A DNA stretch of 64,000 bases from Candidatus Latescibacterota bacterium (GCA_965206595.1 OZ242214.1:3552001-3616000), one strand, 5' to 3'; shown: positions 1-9,604, counted from the stretch's first letter. Notes: generated by a model not told the origin, from the sequence alone. Numbers and translations: made by a program.

Positions 1-2
1 TC

Positions 3-1208
3 GAGCAGCCGGCCCTGTTCCGGCGCTGCAGCTTCGGGCAGCACACCAGCTTCAACAAGGCGGTTCTCGGCGGCGCCGACTTCGAACTCAGCCGGTTCTC
101 CGGACCGGCGACCTTCGTCGATACCCGCTTCGAGGGCGACGTCTCCTTCGACCACGCGCAGTTTCAGGACGTCTATTTCGACCGCTCGAAATTCGCCGCT
201 TCCGGCAGCTTCACCGACGCCGCTATCGCGCTCGAGGCCTCGTTCAAGGAGGCGGTCTTCAGCGAGGCGGTCTTCGCAGGGACACGCTTCGGGGAGGAAA
301 CGCTGTTCCGCAACTGCCGCTTCGCCGGCGCGGCGCGCTTCGATAGGTCGCGTTTCCGCCGACGCGTCTTTTTCAACGGCGCCGACTTTGCCGGACACGC
401 TTCGTTCCGCGACATAACCTTCGTTCGCGGGGGCGTGTTCGCAGGGGCCCGCTTCGCCGGCGGCGTCTCCTTCGCCGGGAGCCGTTTCCGGTCCGACCTC
501 GACCTGTCCGGCGCCACGGCCGACGCCCAGGTGTCCCTGAATGCCACTTTCGCCGGCGACCTGATTCTGCACGACAGCTCTCTCTCCACCCTCGACCTGG
601 CCGGCTATGCCGCCGATGAGAGTGCCGATTCCGCGGCCGCGGCCTCCCCGCGGGTGTTCCTCGAAGGGGCGCGCTTCGACAACCTGCGGCTGTCCTGGGA
701 GGATATCCGCGGCCGCATCGCCGCCCGCGACAGCACGCAGGTCGCCCCCCTTGCGGAACAGTACGCCAGGGTTGCCCACCACCTCAGAAAGCGGGGACTC
801 GAACGCGAGGCCGACGCGGCCATGGCGGAGTGGACGGACCGCCTGCGCACGAGTCTGAGCTGGACTTCGCCGCGCCGCTACCTTCTCGAGCTGTTCAATG
901 CGACCTCGCGCTACGGAAACAGCCTGGGCCGCCTGGGGACATCCGGGATCGCCCTGCTGGTCTCGTTCACTCTCTTGTACTGGCTGGGGCGCCGGCGGAT
1001 GGTTGCGGACTCTGGTACCGGCACCGCCCGCATCGGCGACTGTTTCATCCTGAGCCTTGCGGCGTTCGCCCATCTCGGGGGAGCATCGCGGTGGCGGACC
1101 AGCGGCGGCCTCCGGCTGCTGCAGCTGGTGGAAGGGGTCGTCGGCTGGCTGTACTGGGCGGCTCTCGTCGCCGTCGGCCTGCGTCTCCTGCTGCGGGGGT
1201 TCGTCTGA
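3..1208 (+). CDS. Pentapeptide-repeat protein with C-terminal ion-channel-like TM domain (5' end outside window)
   Basis: Frame is open from position 3 (EQPALFRRCSFGQHTSFNKAVLGGADFELSRFSGPATFVDTRFEGDVSFDHAQF...), showing A/xxF pentapeptide periodicity. C-terminus has hydrophobic helices after TSRYGNS and QLVEGVVGW. Confidence 0.75.
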   Translation, partial: EQPALFRRCSFGQHTSFNKAVLGGADFELSRFSGPATFVDTRFEGDVSFDHAQFQDVYFDRSKFAASGSFTDAAIALEASFKEAVFSEAVFAGTRFGEETLFRNCRFAGAARFDRSRFRRRVFFNGADFAGHASFRDITFVRGGVFAGARFAGGVSFAGSRFRSDLDLSGATADAQVSLNATFAGDLILHDSSLSTLDLAGYAADESADSAAAASPRVFLEGARFDNLRLSWEDIRGRIAARDSTQVAPLAEQYARVAHHLRKRGLEREADAAMAEWTDRLRTSLSWTSPRRYLLELFNATSRYGNSLGRLGTSGIALLVSFTLLYWLGRRRMVADSGTGTARIGDCFILSLAAFAHLGGASRWRTSGGLRLLQLVEGVVGWLYWAALVAVGLRLLLRGFV

Positions 1209-2917
1209 ACTCCCCCACGCTTTGGCCCGTTGCCCGTCACTGCTCAGTCCGGACGCTGCTGTGCGCCGTTCTCGCCCTGGCCGGATGTGGGAAAGACGGC
1301 GGCCCGCCGGACGGTATCGAGGTGACCTTCCGGGACGTCGCCGTCGAGGCCGGCCTCGACTTCGTGCACTTCAACGGTTTCTCCGGGAACTACTACTACT
1401 ACGAGACCTTCGGCTCGGGGGCGGCCTTCCTCGATTTCGACGCCGACGGCTGGCTCGACATCTACCTCGTCAACGGCTCGACGCTGGCCGACACGGTGCC
1501 GGCCACCCCCCCGGTGAACCGGCTCTACCGCAACCGGTCGGGTGGCCGCCCGGATGACCCCGACGGGGGACCACCGCTCCGTTTCGCCGACGTAACCGAA
1601 GGATCCGGGGCCGATGATCGCGGCTACGGCATGGGAGTCGCCGCCGCGGACGCCGACAACGACGGCGACCAGGACCTCTACGTCACCAACGCCGGCGGCA
1701 ACCGCCTGCTGCTCAACGACGGCGGATCGGGCAGCTTCGACGACGTCACCGACAAGGCAGGGGTCGGCGACCCCCGCTGGGGTACCGCCTGCGCCTTCCT
1801 CGACTACGACGGCGATGGCGACCTCGACCTCTTCGTCGTCAACTACGTCGACTTCGACATGTGGGAGAATCCGGTCTGCAAAAAGGGGAAGCACCGGTCG
1901 TACTGCGACCCTGACACCTACGACCCGGTCGAGGACGTCCTCTACCGGAACGATGGCGGCGGCTTCACCGACGTAAGCCGCGCCAGCGGCATCACCCTGG
2001 CGGGGCGCGGTCTGGGAGTGGCGCTGTCGGACTACGATCACGACGGCGACACCGACGTCTACGTCGCCAACGACGGCACCATGAACTTCCTCTACGAGAA
2101 CCAGCCCGGGGGCTTCGTCGAGGTCGGGCTGTACGCGGGGGGCCGTTACAACCGGGACGGACTCGCCGAAGCGGGGATGGGCGTCGACTTCGGCGACGTG
2201 CAGAACGACGGCAGGCAGGACCTGTTCGTGACCAACTTCACAAATGAAACCAACACCCTCTACGTCAACGACGGGCAAGGGGAGCTGCACGACCTGACCG
2301 AGCGCTTCGGCCTCACCGGACCGTCCCTGAAGCCGCTCGGGTTCGGCACCCGGTTTCTCGACTACGACAACGACGGTTTCCTCGACCTTTTCGTCGCCAA
2401 CGGCCATGTCATGGACATCATCGCCGAGGTCGAGCCGGAGCTCAGCTACCCGCAGCCGAACCAGGTGTTCCGCAATCTCGGAGGGGGCGGTTTCGCCGAG
2501 ACCTCCGCGCAGCTCGGGACCGGCCTCGAGGTGGTCGCCGTCAGCCGCGCCGCCGCGGCCGCGGACTGCGACAACGACGGCGACCAGGACCTGCTGGTGA
2601 CCAACGTCTCCGGGCCGCCGACCCTGCTGAGAAACGGCGGCGGCAACCGCGGCAACTGGCTTCTCCTCGAGCTCGTCGGCGCCGGGCACCGCGACGCTCT
2701 CGGTGCGCGCGTGACGGTCACCGCCGGAGGCCTGGGCATGCTGCGCGAGCGGCAGTCGGGGGCCAGCTACCTGTCGAGCCATGACCCGCGCCTGCACTTC
2801 GGCCTCGGGCGGGCGGAACGCGCCCGCGTCGAGATCGTCTGGCCCGGCGGGCTTCGGCAGGTACTCGAAGAGGTGCCGGCCAACCGCATCCTGCGCGTGC
2901 AGGAAGACCAGGGCTGA
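1205..2917 (+). CDS. CRTAC1/ASPIC-UnbV family FG-GAP repeat lipoprotein
   Basis: Repeated DxDxDGxxDL Ca-binding motifs, C-terminal ASPIC/UnbV motif (YLSSHDPRLHFGLG) and lipobox LALAGC. Start codon uncertain; the ORF-track start at 830 overlaps the upstream gene. Confidence 0.85.
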   Translation: MNSPTLWPVARHCSVRTLLCAVLALAGCGKDGGPPDGIEVTFRDVAVEAGLDFVHFNGFSGNYYYYETFGSGAAFLDFDADGWLDIYLVNGSTLADTVPATPPVNRLYRNRSGGRPDDPDGGPPLRFADVTEGSGADDRGYGMGVAAADADNDGDQDLYVTNAGGNRLLLNDGGSGSFDDVTDKAGVGDPRWGTACAFLDYDGDGDLDLFVVNYVDFDMWENPVCKKGKHRSYCDPDTYDPVEDVLYRNDGGGFTDVSRASGITLAGRGLGVALSDYDHDGDTDVYVANDGTMNFLYENQPGGFVEVGLYAGGRYNRDGLAEAGMGVDFGDVQNDGRQDLFVTNFTNETNTLYVNDGQGELHDLTERFGLTGPSLKPLGFGTRFLDYDNDGFLDLFVANGHVMDIIAEVEPELSYPQPNQVFRNLGGGGFAETSAQLGTGLEVVAVSRAAAAADCDNDGDQDLLVTNVSGPPTLLRNGGGNRGNWLLLELVGAGHRDALGARVTVTAGGLGMLRERQSGASYLSSHDPRLHFGLGRAERARVEIVWPGGLRQVLEEVPANRILRVQEDQG

Positions 2918-3005
2918 GGTAAGGTCGCCCTTCAGTCTCACCGGACTCGCCGTCGGTACCGGGTCTCGCCGTTGGGCTGCTGGCCCCGTGCGGGCTCGTG
3001 CGGCG

Positions 3006-4250
3006 CTACTCGCGCATGGGGTTCAACCCCTCCCGATTTCGCGTAACGGATGAGCGATTTCCCCTTCCGCGCACCTGGGGAGCCCTTCCAGGATCAGGAT
3101 CGACATCCTGTAGATCCTGATGCGGCAATCGCAATTGCCATCCTCCGGAATCGCGGGAAGACCCCCCGTCCGCCTCCGGGGGCAGCCTCTGTTCCGCGAG
3201 GTCCCTCTGCGGCTTCTCGTCGTAGCGGGCGCATATCGACCCGTTCTCACGGGAAATCGAGATGATGTCGTTGAAAATCAGGTCCCGCTCCTGCGCGGTC
3301 ACCACCGGGAAGAGATAGTTCCGGTTCACATGCTTCATCCTCCCTCCTTCTTCCGCTCTCTTCCTGGTGAACTCGACGTGCCGCAGGAGGCGTTCCCGCG
3401 TGTATGCGTTCGCGAATCCCGCCAGGGAATGGAGCATGTTTTCGGCGGCCGCGAGAAGCCCCTGGTCGATCTCGACGGCGATCGAGTTCCTCCCGGCCGC
3501 CAGCGCCGCGGCCGCGGTCATCCCGGTCCCGGAAAAGGGATCGAGCACCGTGTCCCCCTTGACCGAGTACATGCAGACCAGCCTGTACGCCAGCTCGAAA
3601 GGGAAGGCGGCGCTGCGCTGGCGGGAAGCCGGATCGACCAGCTTCTGCCCGGCCCCCCTGAGGTCGAACCAGACGTCGGAAAACCAGGAGTTCCTCTCCT
3701 CCCAGAAAAAGGCGCTCTGCCGCCGCAGGGCCTTTTCCCGGGGCTGGACGAACTCCCGGCGCTTCCCCTTCCTGGCGATCAGGACGTACTCGTGCTCGTA
3801 GGTGACGTAGGCGCCGGGAGGCAACATTCCCGATCCCATGAACTTGGTCGGCGCGTTGGTAGGCTTGCGCCACAGGATGTCGGGCAGCGTAACCAAGCCG
3901 AGCTGCGACAGCCCGGCGAGTACGCGCGAGTGGTTCGGGTAGAGGCGGAACTCCCCGGCGAGGGTGCGCGTGGCGTCGCCGATGTTTATGCAGGCGATCC
4001 CCCCGGGCCGCAGCACGCGATGGACCTCCCGCCAGGCCGCGTCGAGGTTATCGTGCATCGCCGCGAAGGCGCGGTCCCCGGACGCGGCAGCGAGCGCTTC
4101 CTCGACTCCCACCGCCCGTTGCCGGAAGAGTCCGTCCCACATCTCGATCATCGGGTACGGCGGCGAGGTCACCACGAGGTCGACCGATTCATCCGCCACC
4201 TCATCCATGCCGGCGGCATCGCCGTGAATCAGCCTGGCGGTTGTTTGCAC
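3006..4250 (-). CDS. Orphan beta-class N4-cytosine DNA methyltransferase, M.MthZI/Zim-like (probably CTAG-specific)
   Basis: Catalytic VTSPPY near the N-terminus and SAM motif DPFSGTG later (beta order). Motifs PPYPMIEMWD, KFMGSGM and FWEERNxWFSDVW match my recollection of CTAG m4C methylases. No adjacent endonuclease. Confidence 0.85.
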   Translation of the reverse strand: MQTTARLIHGDAAGMDEVADESVDLVVTSPPYPMIEMWDGLFRQRAVGVEEALAAASGDRAFAAMHDNLDAAWREVHRVLRPGGIACINIGDATRTLAGEFRLYPNHSRVLAGLSQLGLVTLPDILWRKPTNAPTKFMGSGMLPPGAYVTYEHEYVLIARKGKRREFVQPREKALRRQSAFFWEERNSWFSDVWFDLRGAGQKLVDPASRQRSAAFPFELAYRLVCMYSVKGDTVLDPFSGTGMTAAAALAAGRNSIAVEIDQGLLAAAENMLHSLAGFANAYTRERLLRHVEFTRKRAEEGGRMKHVNRNYLFPVVTAQERDLIFNDIISISRENGSICARYDEKPQRDLAEQRLPPEADGGSSRDSGGWQLRLPHQDLQDVDPDPGRAPQVRGRGNRSSVTRNREGLNPMRE

Positions 4251-4393
4251 GGCCCCTGCTTCTCCGGGGAAAGGGGGCGCACGGATCCGGTTTCAACCCC
4301 TTCCCCCGCTCTTGACTGACCCACTTGCATCTCTTTCTTCATTCCGATATGCGCGATTTCGCGCAAAGATAGCCATCCCCCAGGAGGACAACC

Positions 4394-5050
4394 ATGACAC
4401 TGAGAATCAACGACGAGGCGCCCGACTTCACCGCCGAGACCACGGAAGGCACCATCAACTTCCACGAGTGGATCGGCGACGGCTGGGCCCTCCTGTTTTC
4501 CCACCCCAAGGACTTCACCCCGGTTTGCACCACCGAACTGGGGACCGTAGCCGGCCTCAAGCCGGAATTCGAGAAGCGCAACTGCAAGGTTCTCGGAATC
4601 AGCGTCGACGGCGTCAGCGACCACGAGGAGTGGTCGAAGGACATCGAGGCTTCGCAGGGCCACGCGATCAACTATCCCCTGGTCGGCGACCCGGAACTGA
4701 AGGTCGTGAAAGCCTACGACATGCTTCCCGCCGACGCCGGCGACACCTCCGAGGGACGCACCCCGATGGACAACGCCACGGCGAGATCGGTGTTCGTCAT
4801 CGGCCCCGACAAGAAGATCAAGGCGACGATCACCTATCCGATGAGCACGGGCCGCAACTTCCACGAGATCCTCCGCCTGCTCGACTCCTGCCAGCTGACC
4901 GCGACCAGGAAGGTCGCGACCCCCGCCAACTGGCAGCAGGGAGGGGACGTGATCATCGTGCCGGCGGTGTCCGACGAGGAGGCGAAGGAGACCTATCCCG
5001 ACGGTTGGGAGACCCCGCTTCCGTACATCCGCATAGTGCCCCAGCCATAG
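4394..5050 (+). CDS. 1-Cys peroxiredoxin (Prx6 family)
   Basis: FSHPKDFTPVCTTE active site, YPMSTGRNF, VATPANW; strong AGGAGG RBS upstream. Confidence 0.95.
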   Translation: MTLRINDEAPDFTAETTEGTINFHEWIGDGWALLFSHPKDFTPVCTTELGTVAGLKPEFEKRNCKVLGISVDGVSDHEEWSKDIEASQGHAINYPLVGDPELKVVKAYDMLPADAGDTSEGRTPMDNATARSVFVIGPDKKIKATITYPMSTGRNFHEILRLLDSCQLTATRKVATPANWQQGGDVIIVPAVSDEEAKETYPDGWETPLPYIRIVPQP

Positions 5051-5207
5051 GGCTGAAAGCGCCCGATTCGCGTGGGTCGGGCGGCCGCATCCTGTCCCGG
5101 GACCGGCGGTTCCTGCTTCGGATTCATGCGAATTCAGTAGCCGCCCCGGGCCCGCCGTAGTAACCGGGGGAAGCCAGCCGCGTCTCTCCCGGGTGCCGCT
5201 CTGAGGA

Positions 5208-5235
5208 GCGCGCCCGCGGGGGGCGTGGCTTTTTC
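5208..5235 (+). terminator. Possible intrinsic terminator after the peroxiredoxin gene
   Basis: GC-rich stem (gcgccc...gggcgt) followed by ctttttc, lying between convergent genes. Confidence 0.35.
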
Positions 5236-5250
5236 GTGTACCCGGGAGCC

Positions 5251-6042
5251 TCAGCTGCCGGTCGAGCGGTAGCGGCGGACCCCGAACCCCCAGACCCGCA
5301 GGCAGACGAGCAGGAACAGCGGGCCCGCGGCCGGCGCCAGCCAGCGCAGCGCCCCGGAGCCGTCGTCGATCTCCAGGAGCGCCAGCACCGGGTAGTAACT
5401 GACGCAGGCCAGCGGCACGACGCCGGTGAAGAAGCGGCGGAACCACTTCCGGTAGATCGACAGCGGATACTGGGCGGCGAACACCCCGCCGTTGGTCAGC
5501 GAGTTCATCACCTCAAGGCCCTCGATGGTCCAGAAGCAGAGCGTCGCCTGCAGGATCATGATACCGCTGAACAGGCAGACGCCCCCGGCAATGGTCGCCG
5601 CGAGCAGCAGCATCTTCTGCGGCGGCCAGGCGAGCTGCAGCTGCGCGGCCGCCCAGGCCAGCACCATCGCTCCCTGAAGCAGGCGGCCTGCCCGCCGCAG
5701 CTGGAACTCGTGGCCGACCAGCTGCAGCACGGTGCCGCGCGGCCGCAGCAGGACGCGGTCGAACTCGCCGCTCCGCACCAGCCGGTCGAAGCTGTCGAAG
5801 CCTCGCACCACCGCCTCCGAGAGGGCGAACGACAGGTTGACGACCCCGTAGAAGAGCCCGATCTCCCAGAGCGACCAGCCGCGCAGCTGGCCAAAGCGGT
5901 CGAACAGCATCCAGACCGTGGCGAACTCCAGTGCTGTGGTGAAGAATTGGCCCGCCGCCATCATCGCGAAGGAGGCCCGGTACTGCATCTGGCCGCGCAG
6001 CGAGACGGCGAGGTAGCGGCCGTAGAGCGACAGCGTGTCCAT
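5251..6042 (-). CDS. ABC-2 family exporter permease
   Basis: Starts MDTLSLYGRYLAVSLRGQMQYRASF; contains VRSGEFDRVLLRP and YPLSIY; multiple TM segments. Confidence 0.88.
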   Translation of the reverse strand: MDTLSLYGRYLAVSLRGQMQYRASFAMMAAGQFFTTALEFATVWMLFDRFGQLRGWSLWEIGLFYGVVNLSFALSEAVVRGFDSFDRLVRSGEFDRVLLRPRGTVLQLVGHEFQLRRAGRLLQGAMVLAWAAAQLQLAWPPQKMLLLAATIAGGVCLFSGIMILQATLCFWTIEGLEVMNSLTNGGVFAAQYPLSIYRKWFRRFFTGVVPLACVSYYPVLALLEIDDGSGALRWLAPAAGPLFLLVCLRVWGFGVRRYRSTGS

Positions 6043-6101
6043 GAGCGGGACGAGGCGGTCGATGCCGCCGCGGGTCCGCGGAAAGGCTCGGGGCAAGCGG
6101 T

Positions 6102-6893
6102 TCAGCCTCCCTGCACGACGAGCCGCCGCGTGCCGCGGGCCAGGGCCCGGCGCCCGGCGAGCACCAGTACCGCGATCCATGCGAGCTGGTGCAGGAACAA
6201 CGGCAGGCACTCTTCCACCGGAACATGCCCCAGGTAGAGGCGGAAGGGGATGTCGATCAGCCCGCGGAAAGGCAGCCATTCGGAGAGCAGCTCGATCCAG
6301 TCCGGCATCAGGGGAAGCGGCAGGTACTGCCCGGAGAAGAAGCCGGCGATCCCGGGCATGATGTAGAGGATGCCCTCCCCCGAGATCGTCCACATCAGGG
6401 TGACCGCCATCAGGGTGGTGATGGCGCTCGACAGCAGCAGGGCGCAGAAGGTCGCCGCCGCCCAGGCCAGACCGGCGGCCGCGGTGGGCGGCGGCTCGAG
6501 CCCGAGGAACAGCCCGGCGACGGCGAATATCGGCAGCGAGCGCAGCAGCGTCGGGACGGCGCGACGGGCGACCGAGCGGATGAACCACATGTTGTAGAGA
6601 TCGGCCGGGCGCAACAGCTCGTACGCGACTCCCCCGGTGCGGATCCGCTCCCGGATCTCCGGATCGATGCTCCACGGCATCAGCCCCAGCATGGCCTGGC
6701 CGAGCCAGGTATAGGTGGTCACCTCGCGGAGGGTCATCGGCATCGGCGCCGCAGCCGAGGCGTAGAACGCTTCGTACACCATGACGATCACGAACCCGAA
6801 GAACAGCTGCGTCGTCAGGCCCGCCAGGGCCGCGGCGCGGTACTGCAGCAGGGTCCGCAACTGGGCGCTGAGCAGGGCCGTGTACGCGCTCAC
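6102..6893 (-). CDS. ABC-2 family exporter permease
   Basis: GTG start (VSAYTALLSAQLRTLLQYR) overlapping the ATPase stop; IRTGGVAYELLRP and PLPLMPDW motifs. Confidence 0.88.
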   Translation of the reverse strand: MSAYTALLSAQLRTLLQYRAAALAGLTTQLFFGFVIVMVYEAFYASAAAPMPMTLREVTTYTWLGQAMLGLMPWSIDPEIRERIRTGGVAYELLRPADLYNMWFIRSVARRAVPTLLRSLPIFAVAGLFLGLEPPPTAAAGLAWAAATFCALLLSSAITTLMAVTLMWTISGEGILYIMPGIAGFFSGQYLPLPLMPDWIELLSEWLPFRGLIDIPFRLYLGHVPVEECLPLFLHQLAWIAVLVLAGRRALARGTRRLVVQGG

Positions 6894-7888
6894 ATCCCCT
6901 CCTGCCCGTACAGCTGCGCGACTATCTCCTCGATGGGCGGGTTCTCGACGAACAGGTCGCGCACCGCGTGGCTTGCGGCGATGCGGGTTATCAGCTCGGC
7001 GGTCGGGGTGCGGGCGGGGTCGTACCCCAGGTGCCAGCGGTGCCCCTCGCGGCGCACCACCCGGGCCTCCATTTCCCCTATCGAGTCGCACCCATCCTCG
7101 AGGTCGACGATGAGGCGGCGCTCCGAGGAGACCCGCGAGCGCAGCGCCGCCACGGTTCCATCCATGAGGATGCGGCCGCGGCCGATCACCATCACCCGCG
7201 AGCACAGGGCCTCGACGTCGTCCATGTCGTGGGTGGTCAGGATAACCGTGGTGCCGCGCTCGCGGTTCAGACGCCTGACGAAGTCGCGGACCGCCAGCTT
7301 GGAGACCGCGTCCAGGCCGATGGTCGGCTCGTCGAGGAACAGCAGCGCCGGCTCGTGCAGCAGCGCCGCGGCGAGGTCGCAGCGCATCCGCTGCCCGAGG
7401 CTCAGCTGGCGGACCGGCACGTCGAGGAGCGGTTCGATGTCGAGCACCGCCACCAGCTCTTCCAGGCAGCGCCGGTACGCCCCTTCCTCCACCTTGTAGA
7501 TATGCCGGAGCAGGTCGAACGACTCGACCACCGGCAGGTCCCACCAGAGCTGGGTGCGCTGCCCGAACACCACGCCGATGCCGGCGACGTGGGCGGTGCG
7601 CTGACGCCACGGCACCCGCCCGGCGATCTCGCAGCGCCCGGAGTCGGGTACGACGATGCCGGACAGCAGCTTCACCGTCGTCGACTTGCCGGCCCCGTTG
7701 GGCCCGATGTACCCCACCAGTTCCCCCGCTTCAAGCGCGAAGGAGACCCGGTCGAGCGCGACTACGGTGCGATACCGCCTGCGCGCGATGCCGCGGACCG
7801 CCCCCCACAGTCCGGCCCGCCGTTCCGCCACGCGGTAGGTCTTGACCAGGTCCTCCGCGGCGACGAGAGGCACCGCCCCGGCCCTCAC
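6890..7888 (-). CDS. ABC exporter ATP-binding subunit
   Basis: Walker A GPNGAGKST, signature LSLGQRMR, Walker B LFLDEPT, H-loop TTHDM. The GTG start overlaps the TGA of the upstream 65-aa ORF. Confidence 0.93.
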   Translation of the reverse strand: MRAGAVPLVAAEDLVKTYRVAERRAGLWGAVRGIARRRYRTVVALDRVSFALEAGELVGYIGPNGAGKSTTVKLLSGIVVPDSGRCEIAGRVPWRQRTAHVAGIGVVFGQRTQLWWDLPVVESFDLLRHIYKVEEGAYRRCLEELVAVLDIEPLLDVPVRQLSLGQRMRCDLAAALLHEPALLFLDEPTIGLDAVSKLAVRDFVRRLNRERGTTVILTTHDMDDVEALCSRVMVIGRGRILMDGTVAALRSRVSSERRLIVDLEDGCDSIGEMEARVVRREGHRWHLGYDPARTPTAELITRIAASHAVRDLFVENPPIEEIVAQLYGQEGM

Positions 7889-8082
7889 TCTCCCGCGGCT
7901 CTCGAACCGACCCGGCCCGCGCCGCGGTTCCTCCGCCGTCTCGCCGCGGGAGTGAGGATCCCGTAGGTGCGGCACAGCCGGGAGAAGCTCTGCGGCGCGA
8001 TACCGAGCGCCATCCCCGCATCCTTGCTCGTGCGGTAGATCCTCGCCGCCAGCTCGATCCGTTCCCGCTCGACCTTGACCAT
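7885..8082 (-). CDS. Small basic helix-turn-helix-like protein (65 aa)
   Basis: ERIELAARIYRTSKDAGMALGIAPQSFSRLCRTYGI is an HTH-like pattern. GAGG RBS upstream; translationally coupled (GTGA) to the ABC ATPase. Confidence 0.7.
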   Translation of the reverse strand: MVKVERERIELAARIYRTSKDAGMALGIAPQSFSRLCRTYGILTPAARRRRNRGAGRVGSRAAGE

Positions 8083-8100
8083 GAAGCCCGCCTCCTCTCA

Positions 8101-8122
8101 TTAGTTCGTAATAGCGAACTAA
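8101..8122. promoter_or_regulatory. Perfect inverted repeat, probable operator of the XRE regulator
   Basis: TTAGTTCG-N6-CGAACTAA in the AT-rich divergent intergenic region. Confidence 0.6.
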
Positions 8123-8283
8123 AATGGAAATATTACGCTATCGTGGACGCTCTGGCAATGGTTCTTTTTCGCTGACCGAAAACCGGTTCGGTTTGCAATT
8201 GTTAACCTCACGGCAGTACCCTTCCCATGTTTCCGACGGCAAGGACATCTTGCCGTCTGATCGGATTCACTGGAGACGATCAC

Positions 8284-8697
8284 ATGGATATCGGGGAAAA
8301 CATCAGGAACTACAGACAGTTACGCGGTCTGACCTTGCCGGAGCTCGCCATCCGGGCCGGTGTTTCCAAGGCTTTTCTCTGGGAGATCGAGAGCGGCAAC
8401 AGCAAGCGGCCGGGGGCGGAGACCCTGTGGAAAATAGCCGAAGCCCTCGGGGCCACGATCGCCGATCTCATGGGCAAGGAGCCCCCGGAATACGCGGCGA
8501 CGTCGATTCAGCCGGAGGTGAACGAGGGGCTGCGCGCCTTCATTAACGAGCGCAAGCGGCTCGGCTCCCCCCTCGAACCAGAGGAGATCGAGTCGCTGTC
8601 CGTGGTGCAGTTGAAAGGCGGGAGACCGGCCACCAAGGAGCAGTGGGCCCTGGTCTACGGCATCCTCAGGGAAACCACCGGGCGCCGCCATGACTGA
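8284..8697 (+). CDS. XRE/Cro-C1 family transcriptional regulator (ImmR/CapH-like)
   Basis: MDIGENIRNYRQLRGLTLPELAIRAGVSKAFLWEIESG is a classic HTH_3; GGAG RBS before ATG 8284. Confidence 0.9.
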   Translation: MDIGENIRNYRQLRGLTLPELAIRAGVSKAFLWEIESGNSKRPGAETLWKIAEALGATIADLMGKEPPEYAATSIQPEVNEGLRAFINERKRLGSPLEPEEIESLSVVQLKGGRPATKEQWALVYGILRETTGRRHD

Positions 8698-9604
8698 GAC
8701 GCCGGCCTCGTCATTGACGGGCGTCGCCGGTATCCCGGCCTCGAGTCGGGAACAGGCAGAAGAGCTGGCCGCCCTGGCCACGGTCCGCGCCAGGACGCGC
8801 GCCGCCCTGTCCGAGGCGGACGATCTGCTGCGCCGCGTCGACCCGGTCTGGTCGCCGCCGCCCTACGACCCGCTGCTGGTGGCGCAGGCCCTGGGGATCC
8901 GCTGCGTCAGGATGGACTCCCCGTCCGCTTCCCCCCACCCTGCCCTGCTCTGCCGGCACCGGGACAGGCCGACGATCCTCTACCGCGACGGCTCGGAGGC
9001 GCGCACCCGTTTCAATCTCTTCCACGAGATAGCCCACACCCTTTTTCCGGATTTCCACGAGAATCCCCTGCTGAGCCGCCGGCGCCCCCGGCTGTTCGAA
9101 CCGGAAGGACGGCTGGAAAACCTGTGCGACGCCGCGGCCCTCGAATTCATGATGCCTGCCGATCTCTTCGAGGCCGACCTGGTCGAGGGCGGCTTCGGGG
9201 CGGAACGGGTAGGGGATCTGTGCGCCCGCTACGGCGTCTGGCCCGAGGCGGTCTGCCTGCGCATGATCGCATCCGACCTCGAGTGCTGTGGGCTGGCCCG
9301 GTTCGAGTGCGCCCCCGGTCCGCGGCGGCGGCATCCCCTGCAGCCGGAACGAACCCTGTCCATGCGGTATTTCGTCGCTTCCGCTTCCTTCCGGGATCGC
9401 GGGCTGGCCGTCTCACGGCGGCTCGACTTCGACCGCGGCCACCCGCTCCACGTCGCCTCGCGCTCGAAGAAGCCGGCGGCCGCGGAACTGCTGGTCCCCC
9501 TGCTTACCGGAGGCCTGCACCCGTTCCTGGTCGAAGCCCTGCCGTTGCCGGGCAGGCGACGGCACGGGTACAGTCCCGTGGCTGGGTTCTTCCATCCCCG
9601 CTGA
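8690..9604 (+). CDS. ImmA/IrrE (CapP-like) zinc metallopeptidase
   Basis: RTRFNLFHEIAH (HExxH) followed by ENLCDAAALEFMMP; overlaps the XRE gene. Confidence 0.88.
   Translation: MTETPASSLTGVAGIPASSREQAEELAALATVRARTRAALSEADDLLRRVDPVWSPPPYDPLLVAQALGIRCVRMDSPSASPHPALLCRHRDRPTILYRDGSEARTRFNLFHEIAHTLFPDFHENPLLSRRRPRLFEPEGRLENLCDAAALEFMMPADLFEADLVEGGFGAERVGDLCARYGVWPEAVCLRMIASDLECCGLARFECAPGPRRRHPLQPERTLSMRYFVASASFRDRGLAVSRRLDFDRGHPLHVASRSKKPAAAELLVPLLTGGLHPFLVEALPLPGRRRHGYSPVAGFFHPR

Noticed and set aside
1244-2941. Long antisense and alternate-frame ORFs across the high-GC backbone (also 27487-29757, 48746-51916, 51968-54754, 49366-51864)
   Set aside because: They are shadow ORFs of well-supported genes. 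High-GC DNA is poor in stop codons, and the translations are Arg/Pro/Gly-rich without motifs.
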